Shown piece after piece: positions 1 through 10,642 of a DNA stretch of 55,113 nucleotides. Each line of letters opens with the position of its first letter. The stretch's first letter is position 1. The notes under the pieces are model-generated. The model saw only the letters and a program-made list of their open reading frames with translations. It had not been told where the DNA came from and did not search any database. The DNA comes from Candidatus Dormiibacterota bacterium (GTDB lineage Bacteria; Chloroflexota; Dormibacteria; Dormibacterales; Dormibacteraceae): assembly GCA_040004595.1 (NCBI GenBank), contig JBDUAO010000001.1, positions 1-55,113 of the forward strand, given 5' to 3'. A program made the position numbers and the translations under genes.

Positions 1-91
1 GCTCTGTGGGTGAGGGTAGGTCCCCTGCTTCAGTTGAAGGATGGTACCGGAAACGAGGCGCCGATGCTCAGAATGCCAATCGGCGTACGGG

Positions 92-1855
92 CTACCGCCG
101 CCGTTCCGCCACCTCCTCGACGACCCGTTGGACGAACTCCTCGAGCGGCTCGTCGGTCTGGCTGCCCGCTCGATCGCGCACGTTGACATGCTGGGCGTCT
201 GCTTCGCGGGCGCCGGCGATGGTCATGTAAGGGACCTTGCGCGCCTGGGCATCGCGGATCTTGCGCTGCATCCGCTCGGGGCGGTCGTCGACCTCGACCC
301 GCAGCTTCGCCTTGCGAAGACGGGCCTCGACGTCCCGCGCGTATTCGTGCTGCGCGTCCGTGATCGGGATCACCACCACCTGCACCGGGTGAAGCCACGT
401 CGGAAAAGCCCCGATGTAGCGCTCGATCAGGTAGCTGAACAGGCGCTCCATGGAGCCGGCCGCGCCTCGGTGGACCATCACCGGACGCTGGCGCGAGCCG
501 TCCTCGGCGACGTATTCGAGGTCGAAGCGCTCGGGCAGCTGGAAGTCGACCTGCACGGTTGAGTTGGTGAACTCCCGACGGTGCGCATCCTTCACCTGGA
601 AGTCGATCTTCGGGCCGTAGAAAGCTGCCTCTCCGATGCCGACGTGGTACTGCTGGCCCATCGACTCGAGCGCCTCTATGAGCGCTCTCTGCGCCCGCTC
701 CCACTGCTCCAAGGTCCCCAGCCACTTGTCCTTGACGTCATCCCGCGCCGAAAGCCGATACGAGAATTCGTCGATGCCGAGCACCTGGGAGAAATAGAGC
801 GCGAGGTCAATCGCGCCCTTCACCTCGCCCATCAGCTGGTCGGGAGTGCAGAAGATGTGCGCGTCGTTGAGCGCGAAGGCGCGCACACGATTGAGTCCTA
901 TGAGAGTGCCGGAGCGCTCATATCGCCAGTTGTTGCCGATCTCGGCGATGCGCATCGGCAGGTCGCGATAGCTTCGGAGCTCGGACTGATAGATGACGAT
1001 GTGGTGCGGGCAGTTGACCGGGCGGAGCTCGAGCTCCTCACCGTCCTCGAACCGCATCGGCGGGTACATGTTCTCGCCGTAGAGCTGGGCATGGCCGCTC
1101 TGCCGGTACAGGTCGAGCCGAGCCACGTCGGGCGTCCTCACGTGGAGATAGCCGCGCGACAGCTCCTCGTCGACGATGAATCGCTCGAGCTCGCGGCGGA
1201 CGGTCGCACCAGCAGGCAGCCATAGCGGAAGGCCGGCACCAACTCGCTCGTCGACCGTGAAAAGCTTCAGCTCCTTGCCGAGCTTCTTGTGGTCGCGCTT
1301 CTCCGCCTCCTCGAGGAACCTCATGTGCTCTTCGAGCTCCTTCGGCGACGGCCAGGCGGTGCCGTAGATCCGGGTCAGCTGCGGCTGCTTCTCGTCACCC
1401 CGCCAGTACGCGCCCGCAACGCGGAGCAGCTTGAACGCCTTCAGTTCCTTGGTGGACTTGACGTGAGGACCCCGGCAGAGGTCGAGGAACTCGCCCGTAC
1501 GGTAGACACTCACGTGGTCCCCTTCGACCTTGTCGTTGATGAGCTCGATCTTGTAGTCCTGGCCGCGCTTGCGAAACTCAGCCAGGGCCTCCTCGCGATT
1601 CATCGTGTCGTGAACGAACGACCTGTCCTCCTGGGCGATCCGCCGCATCCGCGATTCGATCGGCGCGAGGTCCGCTTCGGTAATCGCCTTCGTGAAAGCG
1701 AAGTCGTAATAGAAACCGTCCTCAACGGGCGGGCCGATGCCGTACTTCGCGTCCGGGTAGAGCTCGGTCACCGCGGCCGCCAGCAGGTGTGCGGTTGAGT
1801 GCCTCAGCAGGTGCAGAGGGTCTTCGGTCGATTCGTGGTCCCCGTATTCGCCCAT
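92..1855 (-). CDS. thrS: threonyl-tRNA synthetase (lacks N-terminal TGS domain)
   Basis: 587-aa ORF. It has the HSTAHLL (HxxxH) second-additional-domain motif near the N-terminus, a class II catalytic core (CRGPHV, NCPHH, GAFYGPKIDF) and a C-terminal anticodon-binding region. It begins about 16 aa before the HxxxH motif. Confidence 0.95.
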   Translation of the reverse strand: MGEYGDHESTEDPLHLLRHSTAHLLAAAVTELYPDAKYGIGPPVEDGFYYDFAFTKAITEADLAPIESRMRRIAQEDRSFVHDTMNREEALAEFRKRGQDYKIELINDKVEGDHVSVYRTGEFLDLCRGPHVKSTKELKAFKLLRVAGAYWRGDEKQPQLTRIYGTAWPSPKELEEHMRFLEEAEKRDHKKLGKELKLFTVDERVGAGLPLWLPAGATVRRELERFIVDEELSRGYLHVRTPDVARLDLYRQSGHAQLYGENMYPPMRFEDGEELELRPVNCPHHIVIYQSELRSYRDLPMRIAEIGNNWRYERSGTLIGLNRVRAFALNDAHIFCTPDQLMGEVKGAIDLALYFSQVLGIDEFSYRLSARDDVKDKWLGTLEQWERAQRALIEALESMGQQYHVGIGEAAFYGPKIDFQVKDAHRREFTNSTVQVDFQLPERFDLEYVAEDGSRQRPVMVHRGAAGSMERLFSYLIERYIGAFPTWLHPVQVVVIPITDAQHEYARDVEARLRKAKLRVEVDDRPERMQRKIRDAQARKVPYMTIAGAREADAQHVNVRDRAGSQTDEPLEEFVQRVVEEVAERRR

Positions 1856-1938
1856 GCGGTCGTCCAGTATATGAGCGGCTTGTGCGAGCTCACGCCCCGC
1901 TCCCCAACCCTCTCGGCTGAACGGGAGAGGGAGATCTA

Positions 1939-2526
1939 ATGGACCCGGCTTCGATCGTTGACGCCCTTGGTTATCCCGCGGCCGGCCTCGGGATCCTCAT
2001 CGAGAGCGCTGGTGTGCCCTTTCCAGGTGAAGCATTGTTGCTGGCAGCTGCCGCCTGGGCCGCGGCGCGTCATCACAGCATCGTGCTCGTCATCCTGTTT
2101 GGATTCCTCGGCGCTACGGTGGGCGCCAACCTCGGCTATTATCTTGGCTATCGGGGAGGCAGGCCCTTCGTCGAGCGGTTTGGCAGCCTCTTTCGCATCC
2201 GCCCAGACCACATAGCGCGATCCGAGCTCTTCTTCGCTCGTCACGGCGACAAAGCAATCCTCGCCTCGCGTTTCATTCTGGGGCTCCGCACCTGGGGATC
2301 GATGCTGGCCGGCATGTCCAGGATGCCGTTCTGGCGCTTCCAGGTGTTCAGCGCTCTCGGTGCTCTGGGCTGGTCGATCGCCATCGGTCTCGCGGGCTAC
2401 CTGCTGGGGAACAACCTGCCTCTCATCGGGACCATCGTGAGAGCGCTCGGGTTCGGAGGCCTGGTGCTGATAGTTCTCATTGCAATAACGGTGGTGGTGA
2501 TGCGGGACCGCGCCGCCCGGCGATGA
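1939..2526 (+). CDS. DedA/SNARE-associated family membrane protein
   Basis: 195-aa multi-TM ORF. The N-terminal pattern (GxxIESAGVPFPGE...) and the GYxxGR segment are typical of DedA proteins. Confidence 0.8.
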   Translation: MDPASIVDALGYPAAGLGILIESAGVPFPGEALLLAAAAWAAARHHSIVLVILFGFLGATVGANLGYYLGYRGGRPFVERFGSLFRIRPDHIARSELFFARHGDKAILASRFILGLRTWGSMLAGMSRMPFWRFQVFSALGALGWSIAIGLAGYLLGNNLPLIGTIVRALGFGGLVLIVLIAITVVVMRDRAARR

Positions 2527-3814
2527 ACACTGCCACGCCGCCAATGATCAGCAGCCCGCCGAGCCCACCGATGACGCGCGCCGTGCCGATCGTGTCGGAG
2601 AGCGCCGCCGCCGCCAGCACCGGGAGAGCCGTCACACCGTTGATGACCATGTAGAGAAGGGCGAAGATCCGCCCGCGGATCTCGTCGCTGGTGGTCTCCA
2701 TCAAGTAGGTGATCGCCGGGATCATGATCGCGCCGAACTCGACCCCGAGGATGAGGCTGAAAACGGCCCCGGTGATCCGAGCATTGGCACGAAGGTCGGG
2801 AATCTGGTTCATCGCCTGCGGCACCGCCGCCAGGGCCAGCATGGTGATCCCGTTTGCGATCAATGAGCCGATGAGCAGCCGCGACCGGTCGACATTGCGG
2901 ACGAACTGCCCAAGCAGAACGGCGCTGAGAATCGCTCCACCGGTGGCCGGGCCAAGGATCACGTAGCTGTCCTGCGGTGCGATTCCGATGACGTTGCTCA
3001 CGTATGCCGGCGCCAGGGCGAACAGCATGAACAGGACCAGGACGGCGATGCTGACCTGGCCGAAAGCGAGCATCAGGCCACGTGACGCGCGAAGAGCATC
3101 GATGCCCTCTTTCAAGTCAATGAGCACGCGGTGGAACCGATTCCGGCCCGCTGCCACCGGCGGCTCAGTGGTCCTTTCGAGGCCTGGTATGTCAGAGGCG
3201 AAGATGAACGTTGCGCCGACAACGAGGAGAGCCGCTGCGAGCCAGTAGGGCGCATACAGATCGATTCGCGAGACGATGGGGGCCAGCGCGCCGCCGACTA
3301 CGAGCGTCAGCACCATCGTCAACAGGGCCATCGAGTTCGCGGTGATGAGGGCCGAGCGCGGCAGGATCGTCGGGATCACAGCCGCCTCAGCCGGCCCGAA
3401 CAACTGGCCGACCGCGGAGAAGATAAACGTGATGACCAACAGGTGGATGAAGTCTCCACGAAGCTGGGGCACCAGGGCGGCCAGTGGTATCAAAGCCACG
3501 GCTGCGGCGCGGCCGAGGTTGCACCAAAGCATGATCTGCTTGCGATCCAGCCGGTCCGCGATCACGCCGGCAGGCGGAGCGAACAACACTGCCGGCACCG
3601 TGTAGGTGAGCAGCGTTACCGCGACCGGCGTGCTTCCGCCTGAGATCTCGTACGCGAGGATGATCAGCGAGAACAGAAGAAACTTGTCAGCCAGCTGCGC
3701 GGCGAGCTGTGCAAACCAGATGTTTCTGAACGTGGTATTACGCAGAACGGTTCGAAAGCCTCCAGGGCTTTCGACATCGAACTTGAACGGATCGGCCTTA
3801 AATGGATCGGCCAT
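2477..3814 (-). CDS. MFS transporter
   Basis: 445-aa ORF with about 12 hydrophobic segments and an MFS-like DRLDRK loop motif after TM2. Its 3' end overlaps the convergent dedA-like gene by about 50 nt. Confidence 0.75.
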   Translation of the reverse strand: MADPFKADPFKFDVESPGGFRTVLRNTTFRNIWFAQLAAQLADKFLLFSLIILAYEISGGSTPVAVTLLTYTVPAVLFAPPAGVIADRLDRKQIMLWCNLGRAAAVALIPLAALVPQLRGDFIHLLVITFIFSAVGQLFGPAEAAVIPTILPRSALITANSMALLTMVLTLVVGGALAPIVSRIDLYAPYWLAAALLVVGATFIFASDIPGLERTTEPPVAAGRNRFHRVLIDLKEGIDALRASRGLMLAFGQVSIAVLVLFMLFALAPAYVSNVIGIAPQDSYVILGPATGGAILSAVLLGQFVRNVDRSRLLIGSLIANGITMLALAAVPQAMNQIPDLRANARITGAVFSLILGVEFGAIMIPAITYLMETTSDEIRGRIFALLYMVINGVTALPVLAAAALSDTIGTARVIGGLGGLLIIGGVAVFIAGRRGPASPPPLLQ

Positions 3815-3828
3815 CGCGGGTCAGGAGT

Positions 3829-4659
3829 CTAACGCGCGAATCTGAGATATACGGCTTCCCACTCAGCGAGCTTGAGCGTCTGCGCGCGCCGCGCCGGGTC
3901 GATGCCCGCGTCGCGCAACCGTGACCCTGCTGCCTCACTGCCGATGCCGGCGATTCGGCCGAGCGCTCCACCCAACTGCTTGCGCCGAAACTGGAATACC
4001 GCCTCGACCAGCCTGAAGAACGCATCCATGTCGGCGACGTCGACCGCCGGCTTATCGCGCACCTCGAGCAGCACAAGGGCCGAGTCCACGCGCGGTTCGG
4101 GCGTGAATGCAGCAGCTGGAATCGTCATTCCAAGTCTCGCCTCCGCGAAGACCTGGACCGCGACCGTGGCGAGGCTTGCGCCGGTGGTTGCGGTCCAACG
4201 CTGCGCCACCTCCTTCTGTACGACAAGGGACATGCGCCGTGGTCGAGGCGGCTTGTCGAGGACCTTGCGGATGAGCGCGCCAGTGAGGTTGTACGGGATG
4301 TTGCCGACGACGGCACCTTCCCCATCGCCATATAGCCGGCTGAGGTCGAGCTTGAGGATGTCCGACTCCACGACCTCGACGTTGTCTCGACCCTCGAGCA
4401 CCTCGCGTAGCGCCGGGATCATGGTGCGATCCAGCTCGATGGCGCTCACGTGCTGGTGACGGCCGGCCAGCGCGATCGTCAGCGTGCCCACACCCGCTCC
4501 GACCTCGACCACGTGATCAGACCAGAGCCCCGCGGCCTCGGCCACCAGGTCGCGCAGGAGGGGATCGATCAGGAAGTTCTGGCCAAGCGAATGCTTGAGG
4601 TTGATGCGGTGCCGTCGCAAGAGCTTCGCGAGCTGGTCAGGGTCGGCTGGATCGATCAC
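3829..4659 (-). CDS. rsmA: 16S rRNA (adenine1518/1519-N6)-dimethyltransferase
   Basis: 276 aa. It has LGQNFL, the SAM-binding VVEVGAGVGTLT and the NIPYN motif. A GTGA overlap links it to the upstream tatD-like stop. Confidence 0.9.
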   Translation of the reverse strand: MIDPADPDQLAKLLRRHRINLKHSLGQNFLIDPLLRDLVAEAAGLWSDHVVEVGAGVGTLTIALAGRHQHVSAIELDRTMIPALREVLEGRDNVEVVESDILKLDLSRLYGDGEGAVVGNIPYNLTGALIRKVLDKPPRPRRMSLVVQKEVAQRWTATTGASLATVAVQVFAEARLGMTIPAAAFTPEPRVDSALVLLEVRDKPAVDVADMDAFFRLVEAVFQFRRKQLGGALGRIAGIGSEAAGSRLRDAGIDPARRAQTLKLAEWEAVYLRFAR

Positions 4660-5405
4660 GTCATCAGGTTGAAGAGACGCAGAGCGTTTTCGCTCTCGAG
4701 CATCGCCAGCTCGTCGAGGCTGGTGCCCCGAAGTTGGGCCACGAGCTCGGCGGTGTCGATCAGGAAAGCCGGCCGGTTTGGCGCCCCCATGCGCTTGTGG
4801 GCGTTGCCGTAGGGTGAGTCGGTCTCCAGGAGAAGGCGATCGTCAGGGCATTGGCGCACGACTTCTCTGAGCGAGCTGCGACTCGGACGCGTCACCAATC
4901 CTCCGAACCCTAGGCTGAATCCACGATCGAGAAACCGCTCCGCCCACTCCCACTCCAGCGCAAAGAAATGCATCACGCCTCGAAGCCGGGGATGGGCATC
5001 AATGACCTCCAGGATCTCCGTGGCCGCGCCTCGATTGTGGATCGAAACGGGGAGATCGCGCGCGACCGCGAGCTCGCAGAGCGCGTGCAGGCGCGCGACC
5101 TGGACGTGGTGTGGCGGAGCGCCCTCCTCCTCGAAATCGAGGCCGATTTCGCCGATGGCCACGACCCTGTGGTCGTGGGACAGCTCGTGGAGGACATCGA
5201 TGGCGGGCGGCGATGCGTCGGTCGGGTGATGACCCACGCCCGCCCATACCTCGCTGTGACCTCGCGCGAGCGCTACAGCCGTCCGGCTCCGCGCAGCGTC
5301 GACCCCCATCGTCACCATGCGCGTGACGCCCGCCTTCACCGCCGAGCCCACGACCTCCGAGGAGTCCCCCAGCTCTTCGAGATGGAGGTGGGTATCTACG
5401 AAGAT
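4656..5405 (-). CDS. TatD-family metal-dependent hydrolase/DNase (start uncertain)
   Basis: FVDTHLHL metal motif followed by TatD-like HxxG and D motifs. The tracked ORF extends to a TTG at 5504 but that start would overlap metG by 109 nt. No ATG, GTG or TTG lies between 5504 and the DTHxH motif. I place the start at ATC 5405 (giving M-FVDTHLHL). Confidence 0.75.
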   Translation of the reverse strand: MFVDTHLHLEELGDSSEVVGSAVKAGVTRMVTMGVDAARSRTAVALARGHSEVWAGVGHHPTDASPPAIDVLHELSHDHRVVAIGEIGLDFEEEGAPPHHVQVARLHALCELAVARDLPVSIHNRGAATEILEVIDAHPRLRGVMHFFALEWEWAERFLDRGFSLGFGGLVTRPSRSSLREVVRQCPDDRLLLETDSPYGNAHKRMGAPNRPAFLIDTAELVAQLRGTSLDELAMLESENALRLFNLMT

Positions 5406-7141
5406 GCGAGGGCCGCAGCGTCCTCGACGACGTCGTCGAGGCGCTTGAAGAGCGCCAGCGGCTGGGGCAGCGGATGGCCCGGCGCCAGCTCCGACACCTT
5501 CCAACGATCCGCGATTGGATAGTCCCCGGTGATCACGCGATGGACGAGCCCATCCTCGTTGACCTCGCGGACCTCCGGCTGGGGGGCGATGACGTCCGTG
5601 TAGCCGAGCATCTCGTGCAGCCTCTGCGACGAGAAAGGCAGGAAGGGTGTGAGCATCACCTTCAAGTTATCGACGCAGCGCAGCGCGACATACAGGACGG
5701 TGCCCGCGCGGGCGCGGTCGGTCTTGATCGTGTGCCATGGCTGCTCTGTGCCGAGGTAAACGTTGACCTTGGCCGCCATCGCCATCGCGTACTTCAGAGC
5801 GACCTGGAAACGAGCCTGGCCAAGCTGCGTACCGACATAGTCGAGAGCTTCTTCGACCTCCTTGATGAGCGCCTGGTCGGAATCCGTCAGCGCCCCCTGA
5901 TCCGGCACTGCGCCGAAGTTCCGGTGAGCGTTGACAAGGGTCCGGTGGACCAGGTTGCCCCACGTCGCCACCAGCTCGTCGTTGTTGCGGCGCACAAACT
6001 CAGCCCACGTGAAGTCCGTGTCCTGGTTCTCGGGCCCGGCGATCATCAGGTAGTAGCGGAGGGCGTCCGGGTCATAGCGTTCGAGAACGTCATTGACGTA
6101 GACGACCTGCCCGCGGCTCGTCGAGAGCTTCTTGCCGCCCATGTTCAAGTACTCGCTGGCCACGATGTCGTCGGGGAGGTGCAGGTTGCCGGCGCCCATC
6201 AGAATCGCAGGCCATAGCACTGTGTGAAACGTGATGTTGTCCTTCCCCATCACGTAGTAGTGCCAGGCGTCAGCGTTCTGCCACCAATCCTTCCACGCGT
6301 CCGGCTCACCCTTCTGCAGCGCCCACTCGATCGAAGCGGAGAGGTATCCGATCACCGCGTCGAACCACACGTAAATCTTCTTATGAGGGTTGTCGACCCA
6401 GCCCGGCAGTGGCACCGGGACGCCCCAATCCAGGTCGCGCGTTATCGCTCGCTGCTTCAGGTTACGCACGAACTCGAGCGAGTACTTGCGGACGTTCGGG
6501 CGCCAGTTTTCGTGCCGCTCAATCCATTCCTTCAGCTGCTCGCCGAACGCGGGTAGGTCGAAGAAGAAATGCTCCGTCTCGCGAAACTCGACGGGCGCAT
6601 CGCTGCCGCGCTGGTGGGGATTGATGAGGTCGATGGGGTCCAGCTGATTGCCGCAGTTGTCGCACTGGTCGCCTCGGGCATCGGGGAAGCCGCAGATCGG
6701 ACACTTTCCTTCGATGTAGCGATCCGGGAGCGTGCGACCGCTCACTGGGTCGAAGGCGCCCATCTGCGTCTTCTTCACGAGGTAGCCGTTCTCATGCAAC
6801 TTGAGGAACAGGTCTTGTGTCACGCGGTAGTGATTCGATGTCGTGGTCCGCGTGAAGATGTCGTACGTCATCCCGAGGCGACGAAGGTCCTCGACGATCA
6901 CGGCATTGTTGTCGTCGACGAACTCGCGGGGTGGAATGCCCTTCTTGTCAGCCTCATACGTGATCGGCGTGCCGTGCTCATCGGTGCCGCTCGCCATGAG
7001 CACTCGCGAGCCGCGCAATCGCTCGAAGCGTGCGAGCACGTCGGCCGGCACTGCGAAGCCGGCGACATGTCCGACATGGCGCGGACCGTTGGCATAGGGC
7101 CATGCCGGGGCGACGAGGACGGTCCTTTTACTGGGATCCAC
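5396..7141 (-). CDS. metG: methionyl-tRNA synthetase
   Basis: 581 aa, GTG start. It has the class I HIGH-type motif (GHVGH), a KMSKS-type motif (KLSTS) and a zinc knuckle (CPICG...CDNCG). Confidence 0.95.
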   Translation of the reverse strand: MDPSKRTVLVAPAWPYANGPRHVGHVAGFAVPADVLARFERLRGSRVLMASGTDEHGTPITYEADKKGIPPREFVDDNNAVIVEDLRRLGMTYDIFTRTTTSNHYRVTQDLFLKLHENGYLVKKTQMGAFDPVSGRTLPDRYIEGKCPICGFPDARGDQCDNCGNQLDPIDLINPHQRGSDAPVEFRETEHFFFDLPAFGEQLKEWIERHENWRPNVRKYSLEFVRNLKQRAITRDLDWGVPVPLPGWVDNPHKKIYVWFDAVIGYLSASIEWALQKGEPDAWKDWWQNADAWHYYVMGKDNITFHTVLWPAILMGAGNLHLPDDIVASEYLNMGGKKLSTSRGQVVYVNDVLERYDPDALRYYLMIAGPENQDTDFTWAEFVRRNNDELVATWGNLVHRTLVNAHRNFGAVPDQGALTDSDQALIKEVEEALDYVGTQLGQARFQVALKYAMAMAAKVNVYLGTEQPWHTIKTDRARAGTVLYVALRCVDNLKVMLTPFLPFSSQRLHEMLGYTDVIAPQPEVREVNEDGLVHRVITGDYPIADRWKVSELAPGHPLPQPLALFKRLDDVVEDAAALASS

Positions 7142-7793
7142 TGATCACAAGGGTAAACTCGCCGCGGGCGCGAGCACCCAGGGTCGATCGCACCTCGTCC
7201 GCGGTCCCACGCAGAACCTCCTCGTGCAGCTTGGTCAGCTCGCGCCCGACTGTGATGTGCCGTTTCGGCAAGATCTCGGCGATCACCGCAAGCGATTTGA
7301 CGACGCGATACGGAGAGTCGAACGCGACGGCCGGACGCGGGTCATCGACCAAGGTGGCAAGCAACCGGCGCATTTCCCCTGGCTTGCGCGGGAGGTAACC
7401 AAGGAACGTGAATCCGGGTCCGCTATAACCAGCAATCGACAGCGCCGCGGTAACAGAGCTTGGTCCAGGGATCGGCACAACCGTATGGCCGGCGGACCAC
7501 GCCGCCTCCACCAGCGCCTGACCAGGGTCCGAGACGCTCGGGGTTCCGGCATCGCTCACGAGTGCCACGTCGTGCTCGTCGAGGGCTGCCAGCACCCTCG
7601 GAAGGCCACGGCGCTCCACCGGCGCGCGGTAGCTGATCAACGGCTTGCGGATGCCATGCCGAGCGAGCAGGCGCGCGGTGACCCGGGTGTCCTCAGCTGC
7701 GATCGCGCCGACCTCGCCGAGAACCCGTATTGCGCGCGCAGTCGTGTCCTCGAGGTTCCCGATGGGCGTGCCGATGACGTAGAGATTGCTCAA
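7128..7793 (-). CDS. rsmI: 16S rRNA (cytidine1402-2'-O)-methyltransferase
   Basis: 221 aa. The N-terminus [22 protein letters not shown]...AEDTR is typical of the RsmI tetrapyrrole-methylase-like family. A TTGA overlap links it to the dinG-like stop. Confidence 0.85.
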   Translation of the reverse strand: MSNLYVIGTPIGNLEDTTARAIRVLGEVGAIAAEDTRVTARLLARHGIRKPLISYRAPVERRGLPRVLAALDEHDVALVSDAGTPSVSDPGQALVEAAWSAGHTVVPIPGPSSVTAALSIAGYSGPGFTFLGYLPRKPGEMRRLLATLVDDPRPAVAFDSPYRVVKSLAVIAEILPKRHITVGRELTKLHEEVLRGTADEVRSTLGARARGEFTLVISGSQ

Positions 7794-10549
7794 TCGGCGT
7801 GGGTTGACATAGTCGAGAGTTTCGGCGTGCTCAGCCAGCCGCCCACCTGGTCGGCGATCTCGGCTGCCGGCCCCACGAATCGGGATGCCGGGGGCAGCAC
7901 GTCCAGGAAAGCTTTGCCGTAGTCCTTGCCGAGGATGCGGTTGTCAAGGATGACGACCGCGCCTCGGTCCGTGGACCGGCGGATGAGCCGGCCGAATCCC
8001 TGCTTCAAACGCAACGCAGCCTGGGGCAGAGCCAGCTGAGCGAAGGCGTCGCGCACCTGCTCGGCACGCGCGGCGTATACGGGCTCCGTGGGCACGGGAA
8101 AGGGCAGCCGCACCATGATCACGCAGCTCAGCCGCTCTCCGGGAACGTCGATGCCCTCCCAGAAGCTGGCGGTGCCGAGCAGGAGCGGCCGTTCCGCCTC
8201 CTCGAACGACTTCAGCAGGTGGCGCCGCTGGCCATCGATGCCCTGACCGAGAATGAGCACCTCGTCGAGGTCGGTACGGTGCTTCAGAGCCGTGTGCACC
8301 TCTCGCAGCTGCTTGTGCGACGTGAACAGCACGAGGGTGCGGCCGCCGACCCGGCGCGCCACTGCCGCGACCACCTCCTCGACCCCACGATCAAAGTCCT
8401 GATGCTCGGGGCCGGGCAGGTCGGTCGGCAGGCATACGAGCGCCTGGTGGAGAAAGTCGAACGGCGATGGCAGGATAAGCTCTTCGGCCTCGGCAGCCAG
8501 GCCCACGCGCGAGCGGAAATAATCGAACGTGCCCCCGACCGCCAGCGTCGCCGACGTGAACACCGTCGACCGGCGCTCCGTGTAAACCCGCTCGCGCAGC
8601 AGAGTGCCCACATTGATCGGGGCGGCCCGAAGAACGAGATTGTCGGTGCGGGCGAACAGCGTGAACCAGTACACCCGGTTCGGATCCGGGGCGAGGAGGG
8701 CTTCGTGCAGAAGTTCCGTCGCGCCGTGCAGGCGGCCGCGGATGATCTCGAGCTCTCTGACGCCCTGGTCAGGCTCGATGCCGCCAAGCCAATCGCGTGA
8801 GCCGCTCACCGCCTTGCGCAGCGCGCCATCAAGAGCCGCCAGCGACGTCGCTGCATTCTCCCCGGCCACCCATATGCGTTCCCAACCCGGGTCTTCGCGC
8901 AGCGGCGCCGTCAACCGAAGCGAATCGTCGCGGCGCTCCGCGTCGTTGAGCCGTGCGCCCACCCAGATCGCCGCAGCCTCGAAGAGCTCGCGGACACGCT
9001 GCGCCGCAATCAGCGTCAAGGGCTGAGCTTCGCCAAGCGCATCGCCGGAGCCGCCGAGGTGCGGCTGGCGGCGAAGCTCGTCCAGCAGTCCAACTCCGCC
9101 GGCCGCGCCGGATCCGCCCAAGCGATCAAGCAGCGCGGCCAGACCAGGACCATCGACCTCCTGGCGCAAACCACGCGTTGCCGCCTCCTCCAGGTGATGG
9201 GCTTCGTCAATGATCAGATGCTCGAACTGCGGCAGCAGGCCGCCTCCGACCTCGGCGTCCGCAAGCAGGAGCGCGTGGTTGATCACGACGAGGTCTGCGG
9301 CCTCGGCCTCGGCCCGTGCACGATGCACGTAGCAATCCTCTTTCGTGCAGTGAATGCCGACGCAGTCCAGCGGGTCGGACGCGATGCGCGTCCACATGAC
9401 CTCTTCCCGGCCTTGAAGCCTGAGCTCTGAGCGGTCCCCGCTTTCGGTCGAATGCAGCCAGAGGAGAATCTTGAGCTTGAAGCGGAGCTCCTCCGAGTCA
9501 TGGCACAGCTCAGCCAGGTATCGCCGCCAACGACGCAGAGAGACATAGTTGGATCGGCCCTTGAGGAGGCAGGCGGTGAATTCCCACGGCAGCCAATCGC
9601 GCAAGCCCGGCAGATCCTTGCTCATGAGCTGCTCCTGCAGCGTGTGCGTGTTCGTTGACACCACCACGCGCTCGCCGTGACGGACCGCGCGCGCGATCGA
9701 GGGCACGAGGTAGGCGAGGCTCTTGCCCGTGCCTGTCCCGGCTTCCACGACAAGCGCTCCGCCGCGTCCCTGGATCTGCGCCACGGCCAGCAGCATCTGA
9801 AGCTGCGGCTCGCGGTGCTCATAGCCGGGAAGGACCCCGGCGAGTGGGCCTTCGGGACCCAACAAGGCCGCCACGAGGCCGGGGTCGTCCGGCGGGAGCA
9901 CCGCGTTGCCGTGATCCGACATGTGGAGGCGCGCTGCTGCTGCCGGGACCGGATCCGGGTTGGGGGCCGACAGAGCCTCGGCGAAGAACCGCGCGACCGA
10001 CCACTCGTAGGGCGCGACCAGCGCCAGCATCGACTCCTTCAATCCCTCGTCGAGGGCCGCTGCCTCGTCTCGCAGGCGCAGCAAGAGCTGTCGTGTGGCG
10101 TCAGCGTCGTCGAGCGCCCGATGCGGCCTGGGCTGCGAGAACCCAAGCTCGATTGCCAGAAGCGGCAGGCTGTGGCTCGCGGCTCCCGGCATCAGGATCC
10201 GCGCCAAGTCGAGCGTGTCGAGGATCTCGAGCGCTGGGTCCCACAGTCCGGCGGCGGTCAGGAAGTCAACGTCGAGCCGCGCGCCATGCCCGACTGGCTG
10301 GCGGCCGCGCAGGAACTCGGACAGCTCGCGCAGAGCCGAGTCGGCGCTCGCGGCCCCCCGAAGTTCCTCCTGCCTGATGCCGGTAAGCCGCAAAACAGTT
10401 TCCGGTACGGCCCTCCCAGGATCGACCAGGCGCTCCATGGTCGAGCTGACGCGATCGGGCGTAAAAGCGACGGCGCCGACCTCGATCACTCGGTCTCGGG
10501 CTGGGTCGAAACCGGTCGTCTCGAGGTCGAGAGCTGCGTATTCCGGCAA
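7790..10549 (-). CDS. dinG: DinG-type ATP-dependent helicase with N-terminal DnaQ-like 3'-5' exonuclease domain
   Basis: It has the Exo I motif LDLETTG, helicase Walker A AGTGTGKS and a DEAH box (IDEAHHL). The C-terminal helicase motifs resemble XPD/DinG. The tracked ORF runs to 10912, but that extension is antisense to the AAA+ gene. TTG at 10549 gives MPEYAALDLETTG. Confidence 0.85.
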   Translation of the reverse strand: MPEYAALDLETTGFDPARDRVIEVGAVAFTPDRVSSTMERLVDPGRAVPETVLRLTGIRQEELRGAASADSALRELSEFLRGRQPVGHGARLDVDFLTAAGLWDPALEILDTLDLARILMPGAASHSLPLLAIELGFSQPRPHRALDDADATRQLLLRLRDEAAALDEGLKESMLALVAPYEWSVARFFAEALSAPNPDPVPAAAARLHMSDHGNAVLPPDDPGLVAALLGPEGPLAGVLPGYEHREPQLQMLLAVAQIQGRGGALVVEAGTGTGKSLAYLVPSIARAVRHGERVVVSTNTHTLQEQLMSKDLPGLRDWLPWEFTACLLKGRSNYVSLRRWRRYLAELCHDSEELRFKLKILLWLHSTESGDRSELRLQGREEVMWTRIASDPLDCVGIHCTKEDCYVHRARAEAEAADLVVINHALLLADAEVGGGLLPQFEHLIIDEAHHLEEAATRGLRQEVDGPGLAALLDRLGGSGAAGGVGLLDELRRQPHLGGSGDALGEAQPLTLIAAQRVRELFEAAAIWVGARLNDAERRDDSLRLTAPLREDPGWERIWVAGENAATSLAALDGALRKAVSGSRDWLGGIEPDQGVRELEIIRGRLHGATELLHEALLAPDPNRVYWFTLFARTDNLVLRAAPINVGTLLRERVYTERRSTVFTSATLAVGGTFDYFRSRVGLAAEAEELILPSPFDFLHQALVCLPTDLPGPEHQDFDRGVEEVVAAVARRVGGRTLVLFTSHKQLREVHTALKHRTDLDEVLILGQGIDGQRRHLLKSFEEAERPLLLGTASFWEGIDVPGERLSCVIMVRLPFPVPTEPVYAARAEQVRDAFAQLALPQAALRLKQGFGRLIRRSTDRGAVVILDNRILGKDYGKAFLDVLPPASRFVGPAAEIADQVGGWLSTPKLSTMSTHAD

Positions 10550-10642
10550 TGCCGTCCTCGATTCTACGAGTGCGGGCGGAGCGACCGGGAGCGTCTCGTT
10601 ACGTCGCTCGCACTCTAGTAGGGGCCCAACCGGAGCGCCGGT

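Noticed and set aside
1-91. Start of infC or another gene downstream of thrS
   Set aside because: I saw no plausible coding start in the 91 nt on the minus strand (one ATT-initiated frame I tried ended at a TGA), and the segment is too short to call anything.
2477-2526. 50-nt convergent overlap of the dedA-like and MFS genes as a regulatory feature
   Set aside because: It is probably just compact 3' ends. Both C-terminal tails are unconserved, so either stop could be real without functional implication.
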